Source of the DNA: Octopus sinensis
Taxonomy: Eukaryota
NCBI RefSeq assembly: GCF_006345805.1
Contig: NC_043020.1
Coordinates: forward strand, 17,608,001 to 17,672,000
Length of the DNA: 64,000 bases
Reading direction: 5' to 3'
Part shown: one piece after another, positions 23,656-36,170 of the stretch
How the letters are laid out: every line of letters begins with the position of its first letter
How positions within the stretch are numbered: the first letter of the stretch is position 1
Position numbers and translations under genes: made by a program
Notes under the pieces: generated by a model
The model's database searches: none
What the model was told of the DNA's origin: nothing
What the model saw: the letters and a program-made list of their open reading frames with translations, nothing else

Positions 23656-26332
23656 AGAAAAAGTTGCATAGAATACACGTATTTAATTTGTTTTTGTAAA
23701 AAAAAATCCTTAGAGCATCAGATAAGATGTGTCATGCCATATATTCAGGTTCTTTACATTGTAAGCTTGAATCTTACTGAAACCATCTTCATTTTTCATC
23801 TTTCTGTAATAGATAAAATAAAATGCCAGTAAAGTTCTTGGTTAATATCTATTTTCCCTCTAACTCCCAAGTTTCTAGCATTGACCAGAGCTGGTACAGC
23901 TCTCCAGCTTGCCAGCTTTGGTCGAACCACCCAACCCATGCCAGCCTGGACAACGGACATTAAATGATGATGGTAATGATGATGATATGCCTGTGTTAGA
24001 AATTATTTAATCCATTTAATTTAACTCAGCCTCAATTTTTAGAGTAAGATAGTTGAGTTGAACAGTTGATACATTAATTGAAGTAGCTTGGCAAGGAATT
24101 CGGTTGGGTTTGAAGTGGCAGCAGTAATTTGTAATTTGGTGGCAATTAATTACATGTATTCATTGTTGTCATTTTGATTTATTGTGGGATGAAGAATGAG
24201 TTTCTTTGACATTTGTATCCTTCAGAAAGTCATTCATTGCCTCATATACAGAAATGGTTGCACTTTCCGACATACATATGTATCTCAGTCTGAGTCATAT
24301 GGGGTTATTATCAAAGAAGCTACAACTGCGATCAACTTTTTTATTTTTTTACTAAGTGGTGGTGGTGGGTCAAGCACAGACAGAAACACACACACACACA
24401 AATATATCAATAGGTGCTGTAAGCATTCCCTTTCCGTGCTGGTGGCATGTAAAAAGCACCCACTACACTCTCGGAGTGGTTGGCGTTAGGAAGGGCATCC
24501 AGCTGTAGAAACACTGCCAGATCAAGATTGGAGCCTGGTGCAGCCATCTGGCTTGCCAGCCCTTATTCAAAACCGTCCAACCCATGCTAGCATAGAAAGT
24601 GGACGTTAAACGATGATGATGATGATGTAGTATAATTTGGGTAAAAACTTCATAGTGTACATTTAAGAGGTCTTATGTCATTATGTAGCTACCACCTGAT
24701 ATCCTACAGTTGGGTATATTCCATTGGCTGGATACGCATGTGGAACTCCTCTTTACATAAGACTAATTCAAGGATAATATAACATAAGGATGGAAGATAC
24801 CAGGGTTTAATAGTAGATTGTAACATTTGTGTCTGTACCACACACTGGCTTTAAGTTGCTGACTTTGTATTCATATACCATTATAGAAGATTATATGAAT
24901 ATAAACTTAGTAACTTGAGAGCAGTCTTGAGCAGGTCAGTATCAAAAAGATGAAATGAGTAAAAACATAAATCTTTTTCGGGATAAGATGCTAATCCATT
25001 TTGAGTAATACTCTGACCATGAAATTATTTGATGTCTATAGAATAAATTGTTACATTCTCAGCAGACTAGAAAAATAACTGCAATGGATTTGAACCTGTG
25101 GCCAAGACTTACAGTTTCTAGTTCAATAGCCCTCCATTCATCATTTGTGTGTGTGTGTGTGTGCGTGCATACGAGGTGTGTGTGTACATTATTTATCCCA
25201 TTATGAATATATTTGCATGCCAGCCTCGCCTGGCCCACATGCCGGTGGCACGTAAAAAGCACCATCGTGATCGTTAGGTTACAAATGTACACGTGCATGT
25301 TTTTTTCTGTTTTAGGCACATGCTTGCTTATAGATTAAGAATAAAACATACGCATCTATACATCAATAACTTACAATTTTTATGTGTATATATAAGTTAC
25401 ATACATTTTAGAAATTTTCTATTGTTTATGAATGTGTGTATGTGTGTTGTAAACTCGGTTGTGTACACTTGTGTTTAGAACAGTCTTCAGTACACTGTAT
25501 GAGTTGCTTCCTGCTTATCTGGGAACATTTATTAACAACACCAAAACAAATATTACTCACCTTAATAACTCTGCACCCACTACCACCTGCCAAAGTAAAT
25601 ATAAACTGACTCATTCTCCCCTACAAGACAGAATCACCTTCCCTCCTTAACTGCACAACCTTCAATTCATGAACACCTCATACCTTAAAACTTCACAATG
25701 TCTACACAACCCAGAGGCCTAACTATCTGCTGTGACCTCTGCTCCACATTATGTAGAATGACGTGCATGAGTATCACAAGCACTTTTAAACCTCACCAAC
25801 TAATCACTTCAAACACCTTAATTTCATGGTATTTTGTTATTGACAAAACGCAGCATTTGTTGCTGCTCTTTAAGTTTTGGGTTTCAACCTTGCCAAGGTT
25901 AGCTTTGCCCTTCATCGGCTAAATAAAGTACCAGTTAACTACTGGGGCTGATGTAAATGACTTTCTCTGCTCCTATCGAATTTTTAGCTTTATGTCTATA
26001 TTAGAGGTTACTGATTTCAAATTTTGGCACAAGGCCAGCAAGTTTGAGGGAGGGGATAAGCCAAGTACATCGGCCCCAACTGGTACTTATTTTATCAACC
26101 CTGAAATAATGAAAGGCAAAGTCACCTTGACGGAATTTGAACTCACAATTCTGCCAGCTCATCGCCTTATGGTAGACATCATAAATGTTAGTGCAATGGT
26201 GGTAGGCATAAATCATTGGAACAGGGGACAAAATGCTACTTTGCAGTTAAGCTGTTACTGTACATTTATGGTTTGAATCCCATCATGATTTACTTTGATC
26301 TTCATCCATCTAGGGATTTTTTTTTATTAAAC

Positions 26333-26713
26333 TTGTTTCAGTCATTTGACTGTGGCCATGCTGGAGCACCACCTTTAGTCGAGCAAGTCAACCCCAGGAC
26401 TTATTCAATCAATCTCTTTTGCCAAACCGCTAAGTTATGGGGACATAAACACACCAGCATCGGTTGTCAAGCGATGTTGGGGGGGGACAAACACAGATGC
26501 ACAAACATATACACACACATACATGTATACATATATATATACATATATACAATGGGCTCCTTTCGGTTTCTGTCTACCAAATCCACTCACAAGGCTTTGG
26601 TCGGCCCAAGGCTATAGTAGAAGACACTTGCCCAAGGTGCCATGCAGTGGGACTGAACCCAGAACCATGTGATTGGTAAGCAAGCTACTTACCATACAGC
26701 CACTCCTGCGCCT
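26333..26713 (-). mobile_element. SINE family 1, near full length
   Basis: Reverse complement of the family consensus. Confidence 0.9.
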
Positions 26714-27445
26714 GATTAAGGGTTAATGAAAATAATTTTTTTTCTTGATCCTTGAGACTCATAAAACTGGAGCTTAACCTTATTTCCTTGGTATATAAGT
26801 GACTGTGATTGCAACACCCCCTACCTATCTCAAAGGGACGCTGGTCTGAATCAGGGTTCACTTCCTGATTATTGCTGGAACTCATTTGCAGCTGAGTAAA
26901 TCGGAACTATGTGAAATGAAGTGTTTTTGCTCACTACCTGGTCTGGGAATTGAAACGATGATTTTATGACTATGAGTGCAATACCCTAACCACCAGGCTA
27001 CATGCCTTCGTAAGGAGAATCAGGTCGAGTCAAGTTATCATTCATATGTCTCCCCACAAAAATACACACAATTCAAGCACTTGGGAGTTTAGCCAATTGA
27101 CTACACCCTAAACTCAAAGCATTCTTTGGCTTTGTGCCTAGATTAGAAACCATAATCATCATCATTGTCACCATCATCATCATCATCATTTAACATCTGT
27201 TTTCTATGCTGGCATGGGTTGGATGATTTGACAGGAGCCGGCCAGCCAGAGAGCTGCACCAGGCTCGAGTCATGTGTTTTGGCATAGAATTATTAGTGAT
27301 GGTTCTTAAAATGGAGCTAACTGGCAGTGGTAATTCTTTAAGTAGACATTCCACTTTCCATGCTGTCATGGGTTGGATGGGTCATCACAATCCTACTCAT
27401 TTTGTATTGAGAGTCACTGCTGCCACAGAATGGTACTTACGATCA

Positions 27446-27584
27446 CCGGTAAGTTTGCTGCCATCAATTCACCATGAGAAAAATTTACTGAGAATATATA
27501 TCCATAGTATCTTACCATTAATAGTTAAAAACTATTTTATTGAAAAAAAAAAAGCCACTGAATTGATGACAGTGACCTTACCGG
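27446..27584. mobile_element. Short MITE-like element with ~27-bp TIRs
   Basis: CCGGTAAGTTTGCTGCCATCAATTCAC ... CTGAATTGATGACAGTGACCTTACCGG. A related copy at 38835-39006 shares the internal TATCTYACCATTAATAGT(T/G)AAAAACTATTTTATTGAA. Confidence 0.6.
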
Positions 27585-29857
27585 ACATGGGTATTTATAC
27601 ATTTTGCTTGGCTTGGTTTCTGTGGCTGAATGCATTTTCAAATGACACCACCAATACAGAAGTTGAATAGTCCTCACCAAAACAGGACTAAAAGCTATGT
27701 TTTCTCGACTCATTAGCCAACCACTTTACATGTGTAATGGGTGCCTATTCATCACACCAACACTAGAAAAATTGTCTCACTTAACTCTTCTATTACTATT
27801 GTTCTCTGTATATTGTATGCAATTAATATAGAGAAGAATGAAGGTGGGAGGCAGAGAGAATTGTTACTGTGCCAGGTAAAAATTCTTACTGGCATTTCAT
27901 CAGTCTTTTATGTTCAGAGTCCGAATTCTGCCAAAATTGACTTTGCTTTTCATCCTTTCAGGGGTGATAAAATAAATATCAGTTGAGCACTGGGGTCAAT
28001 CATTGACTTATCTCTCTCCTGAAATTGCTGGCCTTGTGCCAAAACTTAAAAGCAATATGGTGAAAAGGAGTTTGGTATTATGAGGTTGTCCCTTTGTCCA
28101 AGAGAGTAAAAAAATACTTGGAAGAAAATCTTGGAAGAAAATAAGTATTGGATGATATCACAATGTTTACCAACCCCAGTGGTGTATCTTTGTACATCAA
28201 GTAGTCCTTTGGCTCCCAACCTAGGGTCCACAAAAGGGGTTTGTGGGTTGTGTTCAAAATTTTAAAAGGCTTCAGTATAAAATGTATAATTAGTCTGTCA
28301 TATATAATTTATTTTAATTACAAATATCTTTTAATTAAGGGATGAAACTGGGAAGGTGAATTAGTTTTTAGTAAATAATATCAACTTATTGAGTAGACAG
28401 ACCTTTCAAAAGCACAAGTATAGGTCTCCAGGAAAATTCATTTCAGTAAAAAGGGATCCCATAAGTGAAAGAAAGGTTTAAGAATTAGTGATACAGATAG
28501 TAAGGATTTTGATTTTGGTATGTTGGGGCATAAAAAAAAATTTTTTTTAAGCTGCACTTCGTCAGTTACAACAATGAGGGTTCCAGTTGATCTGATCAGT
28601 GGAAGAACCTGCTTGTGAAATTAACACATATATGGCTGAGTACTCCAAAGACATGCAGAATGTGACAAGGCTGGCCCTTTGAAATGCAGGTAAAACTCAT
28701 CTTTGCCAACTGAGTGGACTGGAGCAAAGTGAAATAAAATGTCTTGCTCAAGGAAATAATGTTCTGCCAGGAATCAAAAGTACAACCTTACGATTGAGGC
28801 CAAATACCCCTAACCACTAAGCTATGTGCCTTCACCGGGGCATATATATTGAGACTATCAATTTATCTTTGAATAAAGATGAGGTGTGTAACATAGTTGG
28901 CAGTAGGTATCATAAAACAGAAGGCTTTTTGAGCCTCATTGTTGTTTGTTTAAATCCTATCTAGGCCATCTTTAAGCTTTCATCTCTGCTTAAATTAACA
29001 GTATATTCTGCAAAGGAGTGGTAGGGTCTCTTCAATTATAACCTTTTCACTCTTCACAAAAATGAACATTTGTTTAGTCAAAAAGGGAAAGCAGGAAAAA
29101 AAAAATCCACAAAAAAAAGGAAACATTATTACTTGATCTAAAGTTGATCTTGGCAGGAATTAAAAAAACTAAGAACCTCATAGTGTGAAGTAACTAAATA
29201 CTGTAAGGTATTTTAGTCTGTCACTCTACCATTTCTACTGCTTGACTGCCTCCTCCTCCACCACCACTACATCCTAGCTACATACATGATATTTTTCAAA
29301 CATCTATAATAGGGTTCTCAACCTGCTAGAAATAGCAGCAAAATCTCTTCCAATACCACAGCATATTGCTTTAAACCTTTTGATACCAACCTGCCCAAGA
29401 TTGACTCAGCTTCTATGATATAAACTTTTTCTATATAAAGTGATCTAAATTAAAATTTCCGATTTAAATTCCTTGTTAATTTATGTTCAAATTACCAGCT
29501 TAGTAATGACCAAGATATATTTTACCAAATTCTTTATTATTTTCAAAATTCATTGAGAGAAATGCAATATATATTTCTTTACTACCCACAAGAGGCTAAA
29601 CATAGAGGGGACAAACGAGGATAGACAAAGGGATTAAGTCAATTACATCGACTCCAGCACGAAACTGGTACTTTATTTACCGACCCCAAAAGGATGAAAG
29701 GCAAAGTCGACCTCAGCGGAATTTGAACTCAGAATGTAACGACAGATGAAATATGGCTATGCATTTCGCCCAGCATGCTAGCGTTTCTTCCAGCTCACCG
29801 CAATATAGTTCAACAGATGTAGGGTAACAAAAGGGTTGGGGTATATTGTAGAATACA

Positions 29858-30389
29858 CAAGGTCTGTTTGAAAAGTAACAGGAATGGGTGTGCAGTGTGA
29901 GCTATGGGCATTGTCCACAGTGACTTCTTGCCACAGGGCCAGATGATCAATCAGCGAGTCTACAAAGAGATTCTGCAAGCATTTGTTTTGCTCAGTGTGT
30001 GAGAAGAGACAAGAGTTGTTGGAGGACAAATTGTGGCTGTTTCACCGCAACGCTGCACCTGCTCACAACACCCTGAGCATCTGGCAGTTCCTGGCCAAAA
30101 AGAACATTGCTGTACTGGAACAACCTCCCTATTCACATGATCTTGCCCCATGTGACATTTTTCTTTTCCTCAAGCTCAAGGGGATCATCAAGGGGACCCA
30201 TTTTGAAGGAGTGAAGGCCACCAAGGGGGCAGTAATGATAGAGCTGAGGGGCATCCCATATGAATCGTTCCAGCAGTGTATAGAAGCATGGCAGGGAAGG
30301 ATGGAAAAGTGCATTAGACTAGATTTGAAGGGGAAACCATGTAGTTTGTTGTTTAACATTAAAATAACTTACTTTTCAGACAGACCTCA
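29858..30389 (+). mobile_element. Internally deleted mariner element (D34D transposase C-terminal remnant)
   Basis: TIRs CAAGGTCTGTTTGAAAAGTAA / TTACTTTTCAGACAGACCTCA followed by TA; ORF 29983..30399 has FHRNAAPAH and PPYSHDLAPCDIFLF (YSPDLAPxD motif). Confidence 0.9.
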
Positions 30390-30972
30390 TAGTCTTTGAT
30401 ACAGCCTGCATCCCAGTGCCAGTGCTAGATATGGCCATTGGATAGAAGAATCCCTTTTAGTAAATGGGTGGTGGATGGGGAATCAATAAATAAAGTACCA
30501 GTCTAATATTGGGGTTGACTCATCAGTTTTTCACATTCTTCCTTTCTGTTTCTCTTTCTTTCTCTCTCTCTCTTGAAAAAAATTCAACTGTTGAGTCAGA
30601 CCTGCACCAGGTCTAAAAGCACAAGACGTAAATGGAGGTGCCCCAGCATGGCCACAGCTCGTGAGCTGAAACTAGATAGAATAAAATAAAATAAATAAAG
30701 TAAATACCATGTGTCACAAATGGCACCCATTTGACTCTTTATGGAGTTCTCTTTTACTTGTTTCAGTTTTGTTCGACTGCGACCAGGCTGGGGCATCACC
30801 TTGAAGAAGATTTAGTTGAATGAATTGATCCCAGAACCATTTTCTTTTCTTTTCAACCCCAGTACTTATTCTATCAATCTCTTTTGCTGAATTACTAAGT
30901 TATGGGGGTATAAATGCACCAACACCAGTTATCTAGTGGGGGAGGGGAGACAAACAGACACAAAGACACACA

Positions 30973-31022
<50 letters not shown>

Positions 31023-31108
31023 AGAGTAAGCACATAAATGTGAAACAAGGTGGAAAAAAGAGGTAGAATAATATGCTTTATTTAAAAGCAGCAGAAATAT
31101 AACAAAAG

Positions 31109-31146
31109 CTGTTACTCAGAGTTTCACGTTCCCATTCGTCGGACAG
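31109..31146 (-). ncRNA. Minimal type I hammerhead motif, family A (C4 core), best-preserved copy
   Basis: Minus strand: CTGT-CCGACGA-ATG GGAA CGT-GAAAC-TCTGA-GTA-ACAG. Stem III ACUC(U)GAGU; GUA site. Confidence 0.75.
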
Positions 31147-31170
31147 TTTTGTTTTGTTTTTTTAACAAAA

Positions 31171-31208
31171 CTGTCCGACAAACAGGAACGTGAAACTCTG
31201 AGTAACAG
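31171..31208 (+). ncRNA. Inverted duplicate of the family-A hammerhead (CpG-decayed)
   Basis: CTGT-CCGACAA-ACA GGAA CGT-GAAAC-TCTGA-GTA-ACAG (G8A). Confidence 0.6.
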
Positions 31209-31319
31209 CTTTTGTTATATTTCTGCTGCTTTTAGATAAAGTATATGACCGCGTGTGTACCATTGGCGATTTTTTTTTTTTCCTCCGTCTTCCCTTCTCT
31301 GGATCTTTCCTTTTCCTAT

Positions 31320-31354
31320 GTTTCTGACGAAGAGCTCCGCTCAAAACATTAAAC
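31320..31354 (+). ncRNA. Family-B hammerhead motif (decayed)
   Basis: GTTT-CTGACGA-A-GAGC TCC GCTC-AAAAC-ATT-AAAC. The G12A and G16.2A changes both fall at CpG sites. Confidence 0.6.
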
Positions 31355-32279
31355 CCTCCTTCTTCCCTTCCTTCCTGAGAGTCCAATAATACTATATTTG
31401 TTCCACGTCCTCGCGTTGTTGTGTTTTCATGTTTGGATTATATATATACATACATACATACATACATATATATATATATTATATATATATATATATGTTT
31501 CCATAGCTGGATGCCCTTCCTAATGCCAACCACTTAACAGAGTGTGCTGGGTGCTTTTTATGTGTCACCATCATGGGTACATTTACCCAGCACCAACATG
31601 GGAGCGTTATCGTAGCACAGGCACAGATGCTTTTTAAGTGTGGCACTGACGCATAAAGTGACAGGCTTGTTTCACAAGGCTTTGGTTGTGCCAAGGCTAT
31701 AATAGAAAACACTTGCCCAGGGTGGCATGCAGTGGGACTGAACCAAGAACCATGTGGTTGGAAAGCAAACTTCTTACCACACAGCCATGCCTGCACCTAT
31801 AAAGTAAACGGTTGTGTCAACTAGGAGTCAAACGCAGATCAACTGCTTGGAAGACAATGATGCTAACTGTTGTTTGGCACCATGCTAACCGAGTTCTGAA
31901 CCAAAAGGAGGACAAGTGCCAGAGTATGTGGAGTGGGGTGGGGTGGGGAATCCGGAGATGTTTGCTGTTGGAATTCCAGTATGCCTTTTGATCATAGAAT
32001 AGATCTATGTATTCACAACTAAATATGTTTTTTTTTTCCTTTTCTTTTAATGTTGCTTGAAAGAAAGAAAGAGATTGTGGATGGTTTTGTTGTTGAATTG
32101 TATTTGTTGTTTTTATGTCATTTGTTATTGTTATTGTTTGTTGTTTTTATTTATTGTTCAGATTAGAAAATTGCGTTTTTATTGATGACTAAAATAATCC
32201 AGCAGTGATCTACAGAAAAAACATTTTTTTATTTTTCTGTTTTTGTCCATCGGTGTGTGGCCACACAGGCACATATGTA

Positions 32280-32798
32280 TGTGTGTGTGTATGTATATGT
32301 GTGTGTGTGTTGGTTTGTCTATGTGCTTGTCCAATTATATGTGTATGCGTGTGTGTGTGTGTGTGGTTTGTCTATGTGCTTGTCCAATTATGTGTATGCG
32401 TGTGTGTGTGTGTGTGTGTGTTGGTTTGTCTATGTGCTTGTCCATTATGTGTATGCGTGTGTGTGTGTGTGTGTGTGTTGGTTTGTCTATGTGCTTGTCC
32501 AATTATGTGTATGCGTGTGTATATTTGTATGAGGCATGTTTTGTTTTGTTTTTTTTTGTGCATGTGTATTTTTGTATGAAGCATGTCTGTTCATCTATAT
32601 GTGTCCGTATGTGCGTACGCATGTATCTGTCTGTCTGTCTGCATGTGTGTGTGTGTTTGTGTTTGTGTGTGTGTGTGTGTGTGTGTTTGTGTTTGTGTGT
32701 GTGTTTGTGTTTGTGTGTGTTTGTGTGTGTGTGTGTGTGTTTGTGTTTGTGTGTTTGTGTGTGTGTGTGTGTGTGTTTGTGTTTGTGTTTGGTGTGTG

Positions 32799-32829
<31 letters not shown>

Positions 32830-32854
32830 TGTTTGTGTTTGTGTTGTGTGTGTG

Positions 32855-32888
<34 letters not shown>

Positions 32889-33170
32889 GTGGTGTGTGTG
32901 TGTGGTGTTTGTGTGTGTGTGTGTGTGTGTGTTTGTGTTGTGTGTGGTGTGTGTTGTGTGTGTGTGGTGTTTGTGTTTGTGTGTGGTGTGTGTGTGTGTT
33001 GTGTTGTGTTTGTGTGTGTGTGTGTGGTGTGTTTTGTGTTTGTGTGTGTGGTGTGTGTGTGTGTGTGGTTGTGTTTGTGTGTGTGGTGTGTGGTGTGTGT
33101 TGTGTTTGTGTGTGTTGTGTGTGTGTGGTGTGTGTGTGGTTTGTGTGTGTGTGTGTGTGTGTGTGTTTGT
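32280..33170. repeat. ~60-bp minisatellite (about 4 copies) grading into a degenerate (GT/GTT)n tract
   Basis: Unit GGTTTGTCTATGTGCTTGTCCA(A)TTATGTGTATGCG(TG)n; explains the C/V-rich ORFs. Confidence 0.9.
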
Positions 33171-33621
33171 CTATACATGTCCCTGTTTGTCCATTCAGGC
33201 ATGCATGTTCACTGTATTGTCTGACTCAAGCGCAAAAAGAAAAAAAAAGAAAGTAAAAGAGTAGGAAAGAAAGGGTGAGGTGTGGGGTGGGGGTAAAGTC
33301 TCACTTTTCATTACAAATCATAACGTGGGATATTTTGAGTGTAATGCGTGGATATGTCCAATGAAGCGCGTCAAATGTGGCAGGAAATACTTCCCCCCAC
33401 CCGCCCATTCACCCACCCCATATGCACACTTTTGACAAATAACAAATCTCACATGTTTGCTGATATATAATTAATTAATGCACATGAGAATACAGTATGT
33501 GTGTGTGTGTGTGTGTGTGTGCATGCATGTGTACAGTTAAGTACAGAAACTTGCATATTTGCATTGCTATGCATGCGTTCCATACTTTTATTGTCAGAAA
33601 CCCTTAAAAGAAAAAAACAAC

Positions 33622-33785
33622 AGGCGCAGGAGTGGCTGTGTGGTAAGGAGCTTGCTTACCAACCACATGGTTCCGGGTTCAGTCCCACTGCGTGGCACCT
33701 TGGGCATGTGTCTTCTACTATAGCCTCGGGCCGACCAAAGCCTTGTGAGTGGATTTGGCAGACGGAAACTGAAAGAAGCCCGTCG

Positions 33786-33825
<40 letters not shown>

Positions 33826-34030
33826 CGCATGTGTGTGTGTGCGCATGTGTGTGTGTGTGTGTGTGCGTGCGCATGTATGTATGTGTGTGTGTGTGTGTGT
33901 GCGCATGTATGTATGTGTGTGTGTGTGTGTGTGTGCGCATGTATGTATGTGTGTGTGTGTGTGTGTGCGCATGTATGTATGTGTGTGTGTGTGTGTGTGC
34001 ATGTATGTGTGTGTGTCTGTGTTTGTCCTC
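33622..34030 (+). mobile_element. Young SINE family 1 copy with expanded internal microsatellite, 3'-truncated
   Basis: CpG-rich head; internal (TG)n/GCGCAT array at ~33785-34015. Confidence 0.9.
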
Positions 34031-35721
34031 CCATCACCATTTAGCAGCTGGTGCTGGCCAAAAATCTTATATTCACCCTCAAGGGCCATATGGACCCTGG
34101 TTGAAAATCACTGCTCTAGAACCCCCTCACCTTTCTAAAAAAGAAGGAAAAAGAGAAGCTCATGGCTCTCTTAAATTTCAAGGACCCCTCCTTATCTCCT
34201 ATAACCCATGCCTTGCTAAATTTCTTTCAAATGCTGTGTGGTGTGTGTGTGTGTGTGTGTTTGTTTTATGTACATATTTTGAGGTTGCACTTGGGTGAGG
34301 CAGTCATTTTCATATGCTGTTGATCACTTTCCATTCAGTAGGCTATACTGTTCCATGTAGCAGTGCCAAGCAACACTGAAGCCACCAGGGAATGTCTGAG
34401 TTCCTTGGGCCCTCTAATGCAGGCACATCTAATATAATTTATAGATAGGACAATTGACCCAGAATTGAAAAGTGTGTTTGTTTACATTTAAGTAAAATAC
34501 TGAAGGAACAAGAAGTATAGAAAAGAAAGAAAAACAGTTTTTTGTATACACACAAGTGCTTTCTTTAAAACCACAACATCGTCGTCGTCATCATTTAGCG
34601 TACACTTTTCTCTGCTTGCATGGGTCAGACAAAATTTAAAAGATATGTATTGGAAATGTCCAAGAATGAAGCACAGTATGCTCAGCCATGTGAGATAGTG
34701 GTTAGGGTATTTGGCTTATGATCGTAAAGTCTTGAGTCCAATTTCTGATAGCATGTTGTGTCCTTGAGCAAGATACTTTATTTCACATTGCTCCAGTCCA
34801 TTCAGTTGGCAAAAATTTATTGTACCTCTATTTCAAAGGGCACATGTCTCAGTGGTTAGAGCATTGGGCTCACAATCATGAGGTTGTGAGTTCATTTCCC
34901 AGACCGGGCTGTGTGTTTTGTTCTTGATTGTGTTCTTGAGCAAGACACTTTATTTCACATTGCTCCAGTTCATTCAGCTGTAGAAATGAGTTGCAACGTC
35001 ACAGGTGTTGACCTGTATCGGTCCCTTTGCCTTTCCCTTGGATAACATCAATGGTGTGGAGAGGGGAGGCTGGTATCCATGGGTGACTGCTGGTCTTCCA
35101 TAAACATTTCTACAGCTTGCCTGGACTTGTGCCTCAGAGGGGAACTTTCTAGGTGCAATTCTATGGTCATTCATGGCCAAAGGGATCTTTTTTTTAGTCT
35201 TGTCACATTCTGTGCCACACTGGATCACCCTGAGAACTACATTAAATGTACATGATGTCTGTGAAGTGCTCAGCCACTTGCACATTAATTTCTCGAGCAG
35301 TCTGTTCCGTTGATTGGATCAACTGGAACCTTTGGCATCATATCCGATGGAGTGCTAGTGTGTTTATGCTAACCATTGTTGAGTGCATCTCTTTATGTCA
35401 AAATTGTAACTTGGTGATTTGATAAAATGAGTACAAGCCTAGGGAAAGTACTAGGTTTGACTTAATTAACAAAAACTTAGAAAGCCATGAAGACAGTTCC
35501 TCAGCAGAAATCAACATGGCTGCTATTGCTTGTATGTGTTTGTATGTATTTATGTATAATATTGATCTGAGTATTTGGGAGATAGCCAAGTCAGTAGAAG
35601 TGGGTTTAACATGAAGTGGTCAGAGCTAAGCTAAACTGGGATGCTCTCATGCAACAAGCAAAGTTACGACACGTGTCTCTGTTGACAAACTGACATTAGG
35701 AGACTGAAAAAGATGGTGATT

Positions 35722-35749
35722 GAAAGAAAGGTAGGTAGATAGATAGATG

Positions 35750-35782
<33 letters not shown>

Positions 35783-35833
35783 GTATATATATATATGTAG
35801 ATAGATAGATAGATAGATAGATGTATATATATG

Positions 35834-35874
<41 letters not shown>

Positions 35875-35929
35875 GTATATATATATATGTAGATAGATAG
35901 ATAGATAGATAGATGTATATATATATATG

Positions 35930-35966
<37 letters not shown>

Positions 35967-36170
35967 GTATATATATATATATATGTAGATAGATAGATAG
36001 ATAGATAGATATATATATATATATATGTAGATAGATAGATAGATAGATAGATATATATATATAATATATGTAGATAGATAGATAGATGTAGATAGATATA
36101 TATATATATATATATGTAGATAGATAGATAGATGTAGATTGATTGATAGATAGGTGTAGACAGATAAATA
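35722..36170. repeat. Compound (ATAG)n/(AT)n microsatellite
   Basis: Direct reading of the sequence. Confidence 0.95.

Larger units (their letters stand above)
31021..31440. mobile_element. Bidirectional PLE pLTR-like composite (A / inverted A' + B) inside (TA)n
   Basis: Inverted arms ~31074-31153 and ~31164-31244; three hammerhead folds; (TA)n on both sides. Confidence 0.7.

Noticed and set aside
30495-30530. CTGANGA matches at ~8134, 10473, 21354, 23037, 30522, 41746, 43804, 54372 and 57549
   Set aside because: None has GAAA plus three pairable stems; they lie in SINEs, microsatellites or unstructured DNA.
32205-33264. Long C/V-rich and H/T-rich ORFs (up to 337 aa)
   Set aside because: (GT)n microsatellite read-through; the same applies to the ORFs at 35.6-36.3, 54.6-55.4 and 63.0-63.6 kb.
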